64,000 bases of DNA, taken from NCBI GenBank assembly GCA_020434365.1, contig JAGRAX010000001.1, positions 8,568 to 72,567 of the forward strand. The letters are read 5' to 3'. This DNA is from Bdellovibrionales bacterium (GTDB lineage Bacteria; Bdellovibrionota_G; JALEGL01; JAGRMV01). The position numbers and the translations under genes are program-made. Shown one piece after another: positions 28,060-38,998 of this stretch; the first letter of the stretch is position 1, and each line of letters begins with the position of its first letter. The notes beneath the pieces were generated by a model. It searched no databases. It was not told the origin of the DNA and worked only from the letters and a program-made list of their open reading frames with translations.

Positions 28060-30507
28060 ATGTTTCAAAATTGGAAAAAATCTATCATGAAAATCTTTGC
28101 GGCCATGCTTGTTGTTGTGGCTTTGCTCGGTTTTGGCGTTCTGGGATATTTTTATTCCAACTTGCCTTCCATCGACATGCTTCGAAATTATCAACCTTAT
28201 TTGGCGACGGAGGTGTTCTCTAGAGAATACATTAAAATTGGAGAATTTTTTCAGGAGCGAAGAATTTTTACACCTCTCGAAGAGATTCCTCCCATGATTG
28301 CCAAGGCCTTCATTTCAGCTGAAGACGCAGATTTTTATTCTCATCGTGGAATTTCGCCGATTGCCATTGCCAGAGCCATGGTAAAAAATGCAATTGCAGG
28401 ATACAAAAAGCAAGGCGGAAGTACCATTACGCAGCAGGTAGCAAGAAGTGTGCTTCTGACTCGTAAAAAAAGCTACACACGAAAAATTCGGGAAGTTTTG
28501 CTCGCGCTAAAAATGGAGCGAGAACTGAGTAAAGATGAAATTTTAGAGATCTATCTCAATCATGTGTATCTCGGTCACAGTGCATATGGTGTGCAAGCCG
28601 CGGCCAAGGTGTACTACAATAAAAATCTCAAAGAGCTTTCCATTGCTGAACTTGCAGTCCTTGCGGGTCTTACCAAAGCTCCCAGCCGTGACAATCCATA
28701 CAGCAGCCTCGAAAAAGCCAAAGGGAGACAGGCCTACGTTTTGTCTCGATTGCAGGCAGAAGGTCATATTTCTGAAGGAGAAAAAAAAGAAGCGCTTTTG
28801 CAGCCTCTCATCATTCAATCAGAATCTGACATCAACCTTTCTGTGGCGCCCTATTTTGTCGAAAGCATTCGCCGCTACGCTATGGATAAATACGGAAGTC
28901 AAAAAATTTTGGGAGAGGGTTTACAGATCATCACCACACTCAAATACGACGCTGCACTTGCAGCCAATCATAGTCTCAAGCAAGGTGTGATTGAATTGGA
29001 TCAAAGACAAGGCTATCGAGGCCCCTTGGAGCAAATTCAAGAGGACCAGGTTGAGCAGCGCTTGGAGCAAATCAAAGCCAATCAAGAAAGTTTTGTACTG
29101 AGCACCGATCAAAACTATCAAGCCTTGGTCACTCAAGTGGATGATCAAAAAGGTATCAGCTACATCGACTTGGGTTTTGTCCAGGGCTCCATCGAAATCG
29201 AAAGCATGCAATGGGCACGAAAACCCAACTCGGATGTATTTTGGGAGAACAACAAAATTACCAAAGCTTCTCAGGCCCTGAAAAAAAACGATGTCATCCT
29301 TGTGCGTTGGAGAGATGAAAACAATGGCACGCAGCGATTTTTGCTGCATCAAGAACCCCTAGCCCAAGGCGCGCTTATTGCCATGGACCCACACACCGGT
29401 GCCATCGCAGCCATGAAAGGAGGATATGATTTTCGAAGCAGTCAATTCAATCGCATCATGCAAAGTGAGAGGCAACCTGGATCGAGTTTCAAACCTTTCA
29501 TTTATTCATCGGCCCTGGATCATAACTACACACCTGCAAGCATCATTGTGGATGCACCTCTTGTCTATGACGATCCCACAACTGAGCTTCGATGGAAACC
29601 CAAAAACTACGGCGGAAAGTTTTATGGTGATACCATTTTCCGAGACTGCTTGATCAAATCTAGAAACGTTCCAACCATCAAAATTGTTCAAGACTTGGGC
29701 ATTGATACCGTGATTGAATATGCTTCTCGTTTTGGATTTACAAGTTCATTAGATCGCAATTTTTCTCTGGCTTTGGGTTCCTCGGCACTCAAACCCATTG
29801 AACTGGTCAGTGCCTACGCTGTGTTTGCCAACGGAGGTACGCTTCCTCAGTATCATATGATCAAAAAAATTATGGATAAGGATGGGCAAATTTTGGAACG
29901 CCATAGTTTTGACGATCCAGCTTTGAGTATAGAAGAACAATTGCAAATCCGAAAACAAGCTCTGCTTGAAAAGCAAAAACATCGAGACGCCATCGTGCAG
30001 GGCTTGCAAGAGGAAAATAACATAGCAGAAAATTATGTGATTTCGCCCCAGACCGCCTATATGATGACGCATCTTTTGAAAGAGGTCATTACCTCAGGAA
30101 CAGGCAGAAGAGCTTTGAAACTCGGAAGGCCTGCTGCAGGAAAAACGGGCACAACCAATGACAACTTTGATGCATGGTTTGTTGGATATACACCACAGCT
30201 TGTAACTCTTGTCTGGTTGGGCTATGACCAAGCCAAAGACTTGGGCGTTCTCGAAGGTGGGGGAAGAACTGCCGTTCCTGTTTGGAGCGAGTTCATGCTC
30301 AAGACTCTCAAAGATGAACCCAAAATTGATTTTGATATTCCTCAAGGTTTGGTTTTTGCTCAAATTGATTCCCAAACTGGAAAACTTGCAAATGAAAAAA
30401 GTAAGGAAACGCTTTTCGAAATTTTCAGGGAGGGGTCTCAGCCTACCGGATATTCGGATCAAGCCATTGGTTCTTCGCAGTCGCAAGATTTTTTCCTTGA
30501 TGAGTAA
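28060..30507 (+). CDS. mrcA: penicillin-binding protein 1A (bifunctional glycosyltransferase/transpeptidase)
   Basis: 815 aa with GT51 motifs ..EDADFYSHRGI.. and ..GGSTITQQVAR.., transpeptidase SXXK (SSFKP) and KTG (AGKTGTT) motifs, and an N-terminal TM. Confidence 0.9.
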   Translation: MFQNWKKSIMKIFAAMLVVVALLGFGVLGYFYSNLPSIDMLRNYQPYLATEVFSREYIKIGEFFQERRIFTPLEEIPPMIAKAFISAEDADFYSHRGISPIAIARAMVKNAIAGYKKQGGSTITQQVARSVLLTRKKSYTRKIREVLLALKMERELSKDEILEIYLNHVYLGHSAYGVQAAAKVYYNKNLKELSIAELAVLAGLTKAPSRDNPYSSLEKAKGRQAYVLSRLQAEGHISEGEKKEALLQPLIIQSESDINLSVAPYFVESIRRYAMDKYGSQKILGEGLQIITTLKYDAALAANHSLKQGVIELDQRQGYRGPLEQIQEDQVEQRLEQIKANQESFVLSTDQNYQALVTQVDDQKGISYIDLGFVQGSIEIESMQWARKPNSDVFWENNKITKASQALKKNDVILVRWRDENNGTQRFLLHQEPLAQGALIAMDPHTGAIAAMKGGYDFRSSQFNRIMQSERQPGSSFKPFIYSSALDHNYTPASIIVDAPLVYDDPTTELRWKPKNYGGKFYGDTIFRDCLIKSRNVPTIKIVQDLGIDTVIEYASRFGFTSSLDRNFSLALGSSALKPIELVSAYAVFANGGTLPQYHMIKKIMDKDGQILERHSFDDPALSIEEQLQIRKQALLEKQKHRDAIVQGLQEENNIAENYVISPQTAYMMTHLLKEVITSGTGRRALKLGRPAAGKTGTTNDNFDAWFVGYTPQLVTLVWLGYDQAKDLGVLEGGGRTAVPVWSEFMLKTLKDEPKIDFDIPQGLVFAQIDSQTGKLANEKSKETLFEIFREGSQPTGYSDQAIGSSQSQDFFLDE

Positions 30508-32297
30508 TGCATCCAAGACATGTGTGTAGGTTTATGAAAATAAAAAAACTGCTTCATTGCAAGCCGTCTGACTACAAAAATAAATCCTATCTGCACCTTA
30601 TTTTTTTTCTCAGTTTATTTATGATTCCGGGATGTGGTCCTGTGCATGTTGGACCCAGTCCAGAGATACGCGTAACAAAAAAACCCAGAGTCATTTTGCA
30701 CCCTACACCTTTGGGAGATGGAGGATTTTTATCTAGAGATTTGTTTCGCAGTTATTGGACACCTCCATCTTCGGATGATGACTTGATCAGCATCGGCGTG
30801 GTGCTCTCCGAAGATGAAATTCAATTTCGTGGGGACAAAGATTTTTTGATTCGCATTTATAATGATCACACCTCTCTGGACATCGCGTCTCCTGCAGGTG
30901 TGTTGTGGAGAGTCAAAGACTTGCATATTACGCGACCGGCTCTCATTCGTTATTTTGCAATTACAGAAGAAATGCTTCTTTCCTCAACGCAAAGTCCAAA
31001 TCTTGCTGCACTAGAAAAACTTAAAGCCCAAGGTTTCGCATCAGCGCAGTGGATTGGCCCTCCCAAAATGGATGCCATGAAAAAAAATCCTGAACTTGGA
31101 AGGTGGTTTTTGAGTTATCAATCTTTTTCCAAAATCGATGCTGCCAAACAGTTTTGCTGGAGACAAAAAAAACAAGGACAAAAAAACTGCAAAGTCATTT
31201 CACGTGTGGGCATTCCCCCCTTGGCCTCGGGTACTTTAAAAGCGCATCAGAGCAGTTTTTCAAAACACTTTGAAGGCATCATTGAACTGATCTCTCCTCA
31301 AGGTCCGATAGAAATATTTGATGTAAAAAATCATTTGATGTCTGATGAGCTCTCTCATGGTCAGGCTTATGCTTCGAGGCTATTTATCATTCCCAATGCG
31401 GAATCGAAATTTTCTTTGGTCCAACAAACTTCATTTTCAGAATATCTCGAAGGCGTTGTCCCAGCAGAGACTTTTCCAGCGGCGCATATGGAGGCACTAA
31501 AAACTCAAGCCATCATTGCGCGAACCTACGCCCTAAGCCATGCGCCCATTGAGTTTTCTTCGATGCCTTTTTTTACCTGCGCGAGCACGCGCTGCCAGGT
31601 ATATCGAGGAGAGGGCGCAAAAACGCAGAGAACTTCTACCGCTGTGGAGCAAAGCAAAAACTTGGTTTTAAGAGACAGAGAAGGAAGATTTGCACATACA
31701 TACTATCATTCGGTGTGCGGTGGACATACCGAAGACAAAATCTCTAGTTTGGGAGGCAAAGGCTTTGACTATTTGAGAGGCCTACCCGATGGTCCCGGAC
31801 ATTTTATATCTTTACAAAATGAAAGGCAGCTTCAAGATTTTGTTCGAAATCCTCAGGGCGCCTATTGCGAAACATCCTCTTATTCCTCCAAATCAAAATA
31901 TCGCTGGACACAAACTCTCTCTCAAAACCAGCTCCGCAGCATTGCCAAAAGCCAAGGACTCGATGGTAGCCTCACAGACATCCGAGTACTGTCCAGAGGC
32001 GTATCTGGCCGAGCCGAGAAACTTTTACTCTCACATCGAGATCAGCAAAAAACCATTCATGGCGAGTTCAAGATTCGCAGCGCATTGGGGGGATTGCCCT
32101 CTTCTCTTTTTATCTTGGATTCTATGAAAAAAGGAGGAACCATACATAGCCTTCGAATTGAAGGCGGCGGCTTTGGCCACGGTGTTGGGCTGTGCCAAAT
32201 TGGGGCCATTGGCCGCGCAGAACAGGGTCAGAGTTTTCGAGACATCCTCCAGGCCTACTATCCGGGTTTGACTCTGGATCGAATCATTGAAAAATAG
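30507..32297 (+). CDS. SpoIID/LytB-domain protein (probable lipoprotein)
   Basis: 596 aa. The C-terminal region ..GGFGHGVGLCQIGAIGRAEQGQSFRDILQAYYPG.. is a SpoIID amidase-enhancer domain. The likely start is the internal Met (MKIKKLL) with lipobox MIPGC. Confidence 0.7.
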   Translation: MHPRHVCRFMKIKKLLHCKPSDYKNKSYLHLIFFLSLFMIPGCGPVHVGPSPEIRVTKKPRVILHPTPLGDGGFLSRDLFRSYWTPPSSDDDLISIGVVLSEDEIQFRGDKDFLIRIYNDHTSLDIASPAGVLWRVKDLHITRPALIRYFAITEEMLLSSTQSPNLAALEKLKAQGFASAQWIGPPKMDAMKKNPELGRWFLSYQSFSKIDAAKQFCWRQKKQGQKNCKVISRVGIPPLASGTLKAHQSSFSKHFEGIIELISPQGPIEIFDVKNHLMSDELSHGQAYASRLFIIPNAESKFSLVQQTSFSEYLEGVVPAETFPAAHMEALKTQAIIARTYALSHAPIEFSSMPFFTCASTRCQVYRGEGAKTQRTSTAVEQSKNLVLRDREGRFAHTYYHSVCGGHTEDKISSLGGKGFDYLRGLPDGPGHFISLQNERQLQDFVRNPQGAYCETSSYSSKSKYRWTQTLSQNQLRSIAKSQGLDGSLTDIRVLSRGVSGRAEKLLLSHRDQQKTIHGEFKIRSALGGLPSSLFILDSMKKGGTIHSLRIEGGGFGHGVGLCQIGAIGRAEQGQSFRDILQAYYPGLTLDRIIEK

Positions 32298-32320
32298 AGG
32301 CTTTTTCTCTCTATTGAGAG

Positions 32321-32938
32321 TTGAAAGCCATTTCCAGCCTCTATATAATAGAGGAAATCATGAGTTTAACCCGTTTTCAAGATGTGGAGCAAATCGAAAA
32401 GGACTTGGAAAAGCTATCTGCATCCATCGAAGAGCTTAAAATCAAGTACGAGCAGTATTTTATAGGTCTAAATAAGGAAGAGCCTGCCAAACTCAGAGAT
32501 AAAGTACAATCCATGGCCAGAAACTATTATGGCCTGAGCATTCAAAATGCTGGGCTCAAATTTCGCTATCAACAGGCCATTGCCAAGTACAACACCTACA
32601 GTACACTTTGGGATCGCACGCTCAAACGCATTGAAGAAGGCACGTATGAGAGAGACTTGTTCAAAGCGCGCATTCGATCCAGTGCCTATCAACAGGGTGC
32701 TCAAAGCCATAGATCAGAAGAGTCTTCAGATGATGGGCCTTCAAAACAGGAGCTCAATCAACTCTACCAAGAATATCAAGAAGCGGCTGGAAAGAAGCTC
32801 GACTTTGTTTCTTTTCGCCAAAACATCGCGCCAAAAATTATGGCGATCAAAGAAAGAACGCAAGACAAAGACGTTCAAATTCGCATCGTCAGAGAAGGCG
32901 CAAAAATTCGCGTAAAAGCCTACAAAAAGAAAAGTTAA
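32321..32938 (+). CDS. hypothetical protein (coiled-coil rich)
   Basis: 205-aa ORF. An alternative start lies at MSLTRFQD. No domain recognised. Confidence 0.4.
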   Translation: MKAISSLYIIEEIMSLTRFQDVEQIEKDLEKLSASIEELKIKYEQYFIGLNKEEPAKLRDKVQSMARNYYGLSIQNAGLKFRYQQAIAKYNTYSTLWDRTLKRIEEGTYERDLFKARIRSSAYQQGAQSHRSEESSDDGPSKQELNQLYQEYQEAAGKKLDFVSFRQNIAPKIMAIKERTQDKDVQIRIVREGAKIRVKAYKKKS

Positions 32939-33041
32939 TCATTATTTTTCTACTAGAGGCTTGATAGGCATAGGCTCTTTAGATTTTTTTGGGTATATTG
33001 CCTGGCCGATGTCATTGATCCTTCAAGAGTGTAAAAAAACC

Positions 33042-34370
33042 ATGCACCTCGCATGGCCGATGGTGATCTCTCAGCTCACGGGCGTGGCAATGGGAACCAT
33101 CGATACCATTATGGTGGGACAGCTTGGAACCAAAGAGCTCGCTGCAATGGCCATGGCAAATTCGCTACTCTATTTTTGTTTTGTTTTTGCCTTTGGCGTA
33201 CTTAATGCTTTGAGCCCTTTGGTCAGTGAACGTTTCGGTTCACGAGATCTCCATCAAATTCCTCCACTGGTTCGCCAAGGCATGCGCATTGCTATTTTGT
33301 TTTCGGTTTTTTCCATTGTGCTGTTCTTTTTTTCTCGTACTTTATTTGTTTGGATGCATCAGCAAGCAGATTTGATTGAACTCGGCCATCAGTATTTGCA
33401 ATATATATCTATAGGGATGCCCGCCTTGTTTTTGTTTTTGACCCTGCGGATTTTTATGGAAGCGGTATCTGACCCCAAACCCTCCATGTATGCAACACTG
33501 ATTGGAATTTGTCTTAACATTGTATTCAATCAAATTTTTATTTACGGGTACCTCGGTTTTCCTGCCATGGGCGTGGCCGGCTCAGGTCTTGCTACTTCGA
33601 TGGTGTATATCTGCATGTTTTTGTTTTTGCTTGTATACATTGAAACATCCAAAACATATGAGTCTATGAGAATTCTTGTAGGCCCTTTTGCGACGGACTG
33701 GAATCGAATCAAAATGATTTTTCAAATTGGTTTGCCTTTTGGACTCAGCTGGACCTTAGAAATCGCTTTCTTTATTTATACCTGTTTGATGGTGGGAAGT
33801 TTGGGGCATATGCAACTGGCTGCGCATCAGATTTCAATTAATTTTTGCGCGACAGTATTCATGCTCTGCGCAGGAACGGCTCTCGCCGTTTCGGTTCAAA
33901 TTGGACAAGATCGTGGTCGTGGAGATTGGCATTTGATCAGATTGCATGCATGGATTGGATACCTTGTGGTTGTGGCCGTGGGATTGTTATTTATGTTCGT
34001 CATTTTTCAATTCCCAGAATTCATTATTGGCATCTATACAAAAGATATTGAGCTTACAAAAATCACTATACCTATTGTCCTCATTGGGGCTTGGTTTTTG
34101 ATCACCGACGGTGCGCAGTCCATTGGAATGAATATCTTAAAAGGTCTCAAAGATACCACCACTCCTTTGATCAATTCATTGATTGCCTTCTGGATCATTG
34201 GTGCGCCTCTTTGTTATTATTTGTGCTTTGTTCAGGAGATGGAAGAAGCTGGCGTGTGGTGGGGAATGGTCGTGTCTCTTTGTTTGGCTGCTGTTTTTCA
34301 TTTGATTCGATTTTTGTGGGTGACCAAAAACTCACATATGAAAGAATATAAAAAAACACAGGCGACATAA
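33042..34370 (+). CDS. MATE-family multidrug efflux transporter
   Basis: About 12 TM segments and the typical MATE N-terminus (..LAWPMVISQLTGVAMGTIDTIMVGQLG..). The track ORF starts at 32961, but the MATE-typical Met is at 33042. Confidence 0.8.
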   Translation: MHLAWPMVISQLTGVAMGTIDTIMVGQLGTKELAAMAMANSLLYFCFVFAFGVLNALSPLVSERFGSRDLHQIPPLVRQGMRIAILFSVFSIVLFFFSRTLFVWMHQQADLIELGHQYLQYISIGMPALFLFLTLRIFMEAVSDPKPSMYATLIGICLNIVFNQIFIYGYLGFPAMGVAGSGLATSMVYICMFLFLLVYIETSKTYESMRILVGPFATDWNRIKMIFQIGLPFGLSWTLEIAFFIYTCLMVGSLGHMQLAAHQISINFCATVFMLCAGTALAVSVQIGQDRGRGDWHLIRLHAWIGYLVVVAVGLLFMFVIFQFPEFIIGIYTKDIELTKITIPIVLIGAWFLITDGAQSIGMNILKGLKDTTTPLINSLIAFWIIGAPLCYYLCFVQEMEEAGVWWGMVVSLCLAAVFHLIRFLWVTKNSHMKEYKKTQAT

Positions 34371-34427
34371 AACATTACACTTTATGTCGCCTGTCAGGGA
34401 AAAAGATTTTTGCATAAAAATCTTTTT
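34358..34427. terminator. bidirectional terminator region (two hairpins)
   Basis: A 14-bp perfect inverted repeat ACAGGCGACATAAA/TTTATGTCGCCTGT spans the MATE stop. A second 12-bp A/T-rich perfect inverted repeat is AAAAAGATTTTT/AAAAATCTTTTT. On the minus strand the GC-rich hairpin is followed by a T-run (hsp20 terminator). Confidence 0.55.
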
Positions 34428-34435
34428 GGAAAAAA

Positions 34436-34911
34436 TTACTGTGCCTTGATGGTAATTTTTTTCTGTGTTTTGGCTTCTTTGCTTTTTGGTAAAGTTACCG
34501 TGAGCACTCCTTTTGAAAACACGGCTTCAACTTCATCTTCATTAACTTCTGTAGGAAGCGTAAAGCTACGTGAGAAACTTCCGAAGCTACGTTCGACGTA
34601 ATAGTGATTTTCATCTTCTTTTTTATTTTCGGATTTTTTCTCTCCTTTGAGTGTGAGCACACCCTCATGAATGCTCACATCCACGTCTTGCTCCGAAAGA
34701 CCTGGAAGCTCTGCATGTAGCAGCAAGGCCTTAGGTGTTTCTTTTACATCAATTGCAGGAACAAAGCCCATCGCCTGCGACGAAGATGAAACCCCAGTCT
34801 GAAAATGGTTGAAGAGATCATTGACCTCGCTCCAGAGCGATCCAAAAGAAGGATCTACTCCAACACGGTCAAGACCTTGTTTGCGAAACGGTGAAAATTT
34901 TACGAGTGTCA
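34436..34911 (-). CDS. Hsp20/alpha-crystallin family small heat-shock protein
   Basis: An alpha-crystallin domain (..AIDVKETPKALLLHAELPGLSEQDVDVSIHEGVLTLKGEK...GVLTVTLPK) is present. I placed the start at the ATG preceded by AAGGAG (10-nt spacing); the track ORF extends upstream to 34942. Confidence 0.85.
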
Positions 34912-35032
34912 TAACATGACTCCTTTCTTGTTGTATGTACACAAGAAAGGCACAAAAAATATCTTGTCAAGAGCTCTGTAAGCAAATCAACCCTATGCAA
35001 TTGGTTTTTTCTTTTGATTAAGAATTGAATTT

Positions 35033-36031
35033 TTGTCATTCCAAAGATACAAATACGAGGCAATGAAACACCTTGTCTCTCCCTATCTCTTAGCTGGTCA
35101 TTCGATTGCTCCAGGGAGCCAGAAAAACTTTGAACTGCCCGCTTTTCGATTGCCTACACAAACCATGATCTCTCTGCCCATCTCGGTTATTCATGGGCAA
35201 AAGCCGGGACCCACTCTTGGGCTTTGCGCAGCGATACACGGCAACGAAATCAATGGAATTGAAAGCATTCGAAGAATTACAGAAAAGCTAGATCCTAAAA
35301 ATCTTTCAGGAACGGTCATTTGTGTTCCCGTAGTCAACGTGTATGGCTTTATGAGCGATTCTCGCTATCTTCCAGATGGCAGAGATCTCAATCGAAGTTT
35401 TCCGGGATCGAACCGAGGATCCATGGCCTCACGTTTGGCCTTTTTGTTTCGAACCGAGGTCATTGAACGCTGTGATCATGTCATTGATTTTCACACAGCC
35501 TCAAGTGGCAAAAAGAATCATCCTCAGATTCGATGTGATTTGACCCATCAGTCAAGCTTCAATTTGGCCAAGGTTTTTGCAGCTCCTTTGATTGTGCATT
35601 CAAAAACCATTTCAGGATCTTTACGGGAGTGCGCCGCGAGTACGGACTGCTCAATGCTCGTCTACGAGAGTGGAGAGCCCAGTCGTTTCAACCAAAGGTC
35701 GGTTCAAATTGCTGTGGAAGGCTGTTTTCGTGTGATGCGGCGATTAAAAATGGTGACCAAGGATCCTGAGGCCAAAAAAGGCAAAAGTGTGATTTGTGAA
35801 GAAACGCGATGGATTCGGGCATCTCGAAGTGGAATCTTTCTTTCACATGTAGATTTGGGCGATCGAGTCAAAAATCATCAAATCATTGGCAGCATCAACA
35901 ATATTTTTGGAAAACCTTTGAGCAATATCCGGAGCCCCTATGCTGGAGTGCTTGTAGGAATCTCCACTCACCCTTCTGTCCATCAGGGCGATGCCCTGAT
36001 CCATATTGGAAAACAAAACCCCTCTCTATAG
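35033..36031 (+). CDS. succinylglutamate desuccinylase/aspartoacylase family (M14-like) zinc hydrolase
   Basis: 332 aa. ..GLCAAIHGNEINGIESIRRI.. and the downstream His/Glu pattern are typical of the AstE/AspA family. Confidence 0.7.
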   Translation: MSFQRYKYEAMKHLVSPYLLAGHSIAPGSQKNFELPAFRLPTQTMISLPISVIHGQKPGPTLGLCAAIHGNEINGIESIRRITEKLDPKNLSGTVICVPVVNVYGFMSDSRYLPDGRDLNRSFPGSNRGSMASRLAFLFRTEVIERCDHVIDFHTASSGKKNHPQIRCDLTHQSSFNLAKVFAAPLIVHSKTISGSLRECAASTDCSMLVYESGEPSRFNQRSVQIAVEGCFRVMRRLKMVTKDPEAKKGKSVICEETRWIRASRSGIFLSHVDLGDRVKNHQIIGSINNIFGKPLSNIRSPYAGVLVGISTHPSVHQGDALIHIGKQNPSL

Positions 36032-36220
36032 ATAGGGACGTATATATTTGAGCTCCGACAGGTAGAACATACCTCCACCCATACCCAAAGGTCGCAGTTG
36101 AGAGTTTTTTGCTGAAAAATGGCACAAAGACGTCAATGGGTCACAAAACATTTTTCAAAATAAAAACAAATACTTATTTCCGACTCGCGATTGGCATGAG
36201 TCTTGAGATGAAAGTGGGGG

Positions 36221-37243
36221 ATGGATAAGGTGGAAAATACTATGAATACACTCACATTTCGACTCAGAGCCTCTTGGCTGCTTTTTGGTTTTGTATTTTT
36301 GATGGCTTGTCAGGAAGTGCCTCCTGCGGGAAAAAGCAGCGGTGGAGATGTTCTTTCAACGGTTACCTGCTCAGACGGAAGTGGAAGTTGTACGGTCCTT
36401 TCTTGGAGTGATTTGCAACAGTGGCTCAATACGCAGCTGATGGGCTACGTCAAATCTTCTGACCTAGAAGTACCCAGCATTTACAATCAACTCAAACAAG
36501 AGTGTACCTTGCAGTGCGTAAGCGCAGAAGATCCTAGCTGCGTTTCGGGAACTTTTCCCAATCAGACCATTTCGAGCTCAGGCAGTTGTCCAAGCCATGA
36601 AAATGTCTGCGAAAGTCGATGTGATGATTTTTTAAGTTCCATGATCGGAGGCTCTGAACCTCAAATTCAAATTCCTGAAAACTACCACGCTGTGAAAGTA
36701 GAAATTGATTTTTGTTCCAATCCGGGAACCAACCACTTGGTGTTTGAAGGACCTACTTTTCAATTCAAAAGAACACGCGGAGGCCTCATTGCTCCTCTTA
36801 GAACCTTCGTACCTCAAGAAGTGGGATATGGAGTGTTGTGTAAAAATCAAAACAATGGAAACACACGTAGAAATGCTCCCGTTCGAATCATTCCCCAAAC
36901 CGGCAACAATGTAACGCTTCCCAATGGTAAGCTTGTGTACATTGAACCGCTCACAGGTCTACCTGCAGTCATCGAAGGAAACTTGCGTAACCCTGCCATT
37001 CACCGCTTTGGCTTGCGTAGCCTGATCGACAAATCGGATTTGCATGATGTGATTTGGGTCGTCAACGACATCAGTCAAATCGGAGGATCGGTCAAACCCG
37101 CTCTGAAAAATCTAGAAAGTTATGACAATGGAATCATGGGATCAGCTCATTCTACAAGCATTCACTGGTTTCAATATCTAGCACAAGGAAAACAAACGAT
37201 CAGCATGTGGGCCTTCATTCCCCCAAGAGCCAAAGTACAGTAA
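36221..37243 (+). CDS. hypothetical Cys-rich lipoprotein
   Basis: 340 aa with lipobox LMAC and many Cys in the N-terminal half. No domain recognised. Confidence 0.45.
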   Translation: MDKVENTMNTLTFRLRASWLLFGFVFLMACQEVPPAGKSSGGDVLSTVTCSDGSGSCTVLSWSDLQQWLNTQLMGYVKSSDLEVPSIYNQLKQECTLQCVSAEDPSCVSGTFPNQTISSSGSCPSHENVCESRCDDFLSSMIGGSEPQIQIPENYHAVKVEIDFCSNPGTNHLVFEGPTFQFKRTRGGLIAPLRTFVPQEVGYGVLCKNQNNGNTRRNAPVRIIPQTGNNVTLPNGKLVYIEPLTGLPAVIEGNLRNPAIHRFGLRSLIDKSDLHDVIWVVNDISQIGGSVKPALKNLESYDNGIMGSAHSTSIHWFQYLAQGKQTISMWAFIPPRAKVQ

Positions 37244-37255
37244 GGAACAATTGAG

Positions 37256-38998
37256 ATGAAAAGGGTAGAACATATGAAAACAAAGTATATGAAAATGTAT
37301 CTTCAAGGAATTCTCAGTATGGTACTTGCGATTACAGCCACAGCTTGTGGCAATGGTACAAGCGAAGGAATTCCCGGAAGAACCTTGATCAGAAACCTGG
37401 AGGCTCCTTTCAACCTTTCTGCCCAGGCCATCTCAACCAACGCAATTGAACTGACTTGGAGCAACCCCAGCATCAGCGGAAGCTATCAAATTGGAATTGA
37501 AAAAAAACAGGCCAACAATAGCTCTGCTACATTTCAACCTTTGGCCATGTTAAATCAGTCTCAAAACTATACAGCTGTAGGTCTGGTTCCCAATACAGCC
37601 TATGAATTTCGCGTTTTTGTTAGCAACAACAGCAGCCAAAGTGAATATGCTGTTGCTACAGCGGTAACTTTCAATGTCATTGGCGCGCCAGATCCCGTCA
37701 CCAATCTTAGCGCTACGCTTACGCAAAACACTCCTCCATATGAAGTCACTTTGAGTTGGAATCACAATCTATCTTCAAGCGTAGATTATTATCTGGTCAC
37801 CAAAAGAGAAAATTCAAGCAACAATACTGCAGCGGTTCAGTATATTAGCAACACTTCATTTACAAGTCTCATTGACAACACCAGCAACTCATACTTTATG
37901 TATTCAGGTTCTTACCTAGGCTTTCAAAGTAACACCGCATACTACTATGAAGTACAAGCCTGTATTGTAGGTGCTTGCTCTGCAGCACAAAACATCACCC
38001 AAGCCATTCCAGGCGTGGGCACACAAAAACCTCATATTACAAGCTTTACAGCCTCAGACAACCAATCTGACAAAGTCGTTGTGGACTGGGCTTTTGATAT
38101 TCCCATCAACAATACCGTAAGCAGTATCACTGTAACCCGAGGCAGTGGCGGACAACCCTTATTTTTCTGGAATGGATCTGGTAACATCCTGACTCAAGTC
38201 ACTGACAATAACACCGTCAATGGAACCATCTATACTTACAAAATCAAAATGGTCTACACAGACAATAGTTTTGAGGAACTTATTGACGACGGTCAATCTG
38301 TTGCAAACTCAACACAAATGGCCCCGCCAACTTTTGAAAGTTTCAATATTGATCACTACGCACCCAATGCAACTCAGGTAGATTTTCGCTGGTCGCATGC
38401 CGATATCAATATGGGTACCAACGATTTCATCATCAAGAAAAAAATTGGAAATACCTATAGCAACATCTTTGGTACCGTTGTGTACAACTCCGGAACGCAG
38501 GACTTTAGAATGGATAACGTCTCTGTGGGTTGTGCGGATAGTTCGGTAAGTCATAACGTAAAAATTTCCATTGTGGCAAAGGATCCTTTGGCTTCGGGCA
38601 AATCTGACTCCACGGAAGTTCTGTCTACGATCTTTACCTGTTACTCTACTGTACCCGCGCCTACTTTGAATGCATTTATGATTGCAACTCCATCTCAAAC
38701 GCAACAAGGACAGTATGATTTTCCTTTGGGCTTTTCACACATCAGCGCTGTAAAGCCGGTGCTGACCTTTAACGGATTTGAGGCTCAGTACCGCAAAAAA
38801 GGAAATGGAAGTTCGACCTGGGGAAGCTATGTTACTGTCGGAAACAACTTTATCACTCAAAGTGGTTCAAGTTATACCGTCAAGGTTACCGATACCTGCC
38901 CTTCTGGAACGCAATTTCAATATCGAATTCGGTCCAAGAGTACGGCCTCAGGAGAAGAATCGGCATGGATCACAGGACCCACCGCGACTTGCAACTAA
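37256..38998 (+). CDS. lipoprotein with tandem fibronectin type III-like repeats, very Asn/Ser/Thr-rich
   Basis: 580 aa with lipobox ATAC. Repeated ..AIELTWSNP...YEFRVFV.. Fn3-like units are present, and the gene sits 12 nt downstream of the preceding lipoprotein gene. Confidence 0.5.
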   Translation: MKRVEHMKTKYMKMYLQGILSMVLAITATACGNGTSEGIPGRTLIRNLEAPFNLSAQAISTNAIELTWSNPSISGSYQIGIEKKQANNSSATFQPLAMLNQSQNYTAVGLVPNTAYEFRVFVSNNSSQSEYAVATAVTFNVIGAPDPVTNLSATLTQNTPPYEVTLSWNHNLSSSVDYYLVTKRENSSNNTAAVQYISNTSFTSLIDNTSNSYFMYSGSYLGFQSNTAYYYEVQACIVGACSAAQNITQAIPGVGTQKPHITSFTASDNQSDKVVVDWAFDIPINNTVSSITVTRGSGGQPLFFWNGSGNILTQVTDNNTVNGTIYTYKIKMVYTDNSFEELIDDGQSVANSTQMAPPTFESFNIDHYAPNATQVDFRWSHADINMGTNDFIIKKKIGNTYSNIFGTVVYNSGTQDFRMDNVSVGCADSSVSHNVKISIVAKDPLASGKSDSTEVLSTIFTCYSTVPAPTLNAFMIATPSQTQQGQYDFPLGFSHISAVKPVLTFNGFEAQYRKKGNGSSTWGSYVTVGNNFITQSGSSYTVKVTDTCPSGTQFQYRIRSKSTASGEESAWITGPTATCN

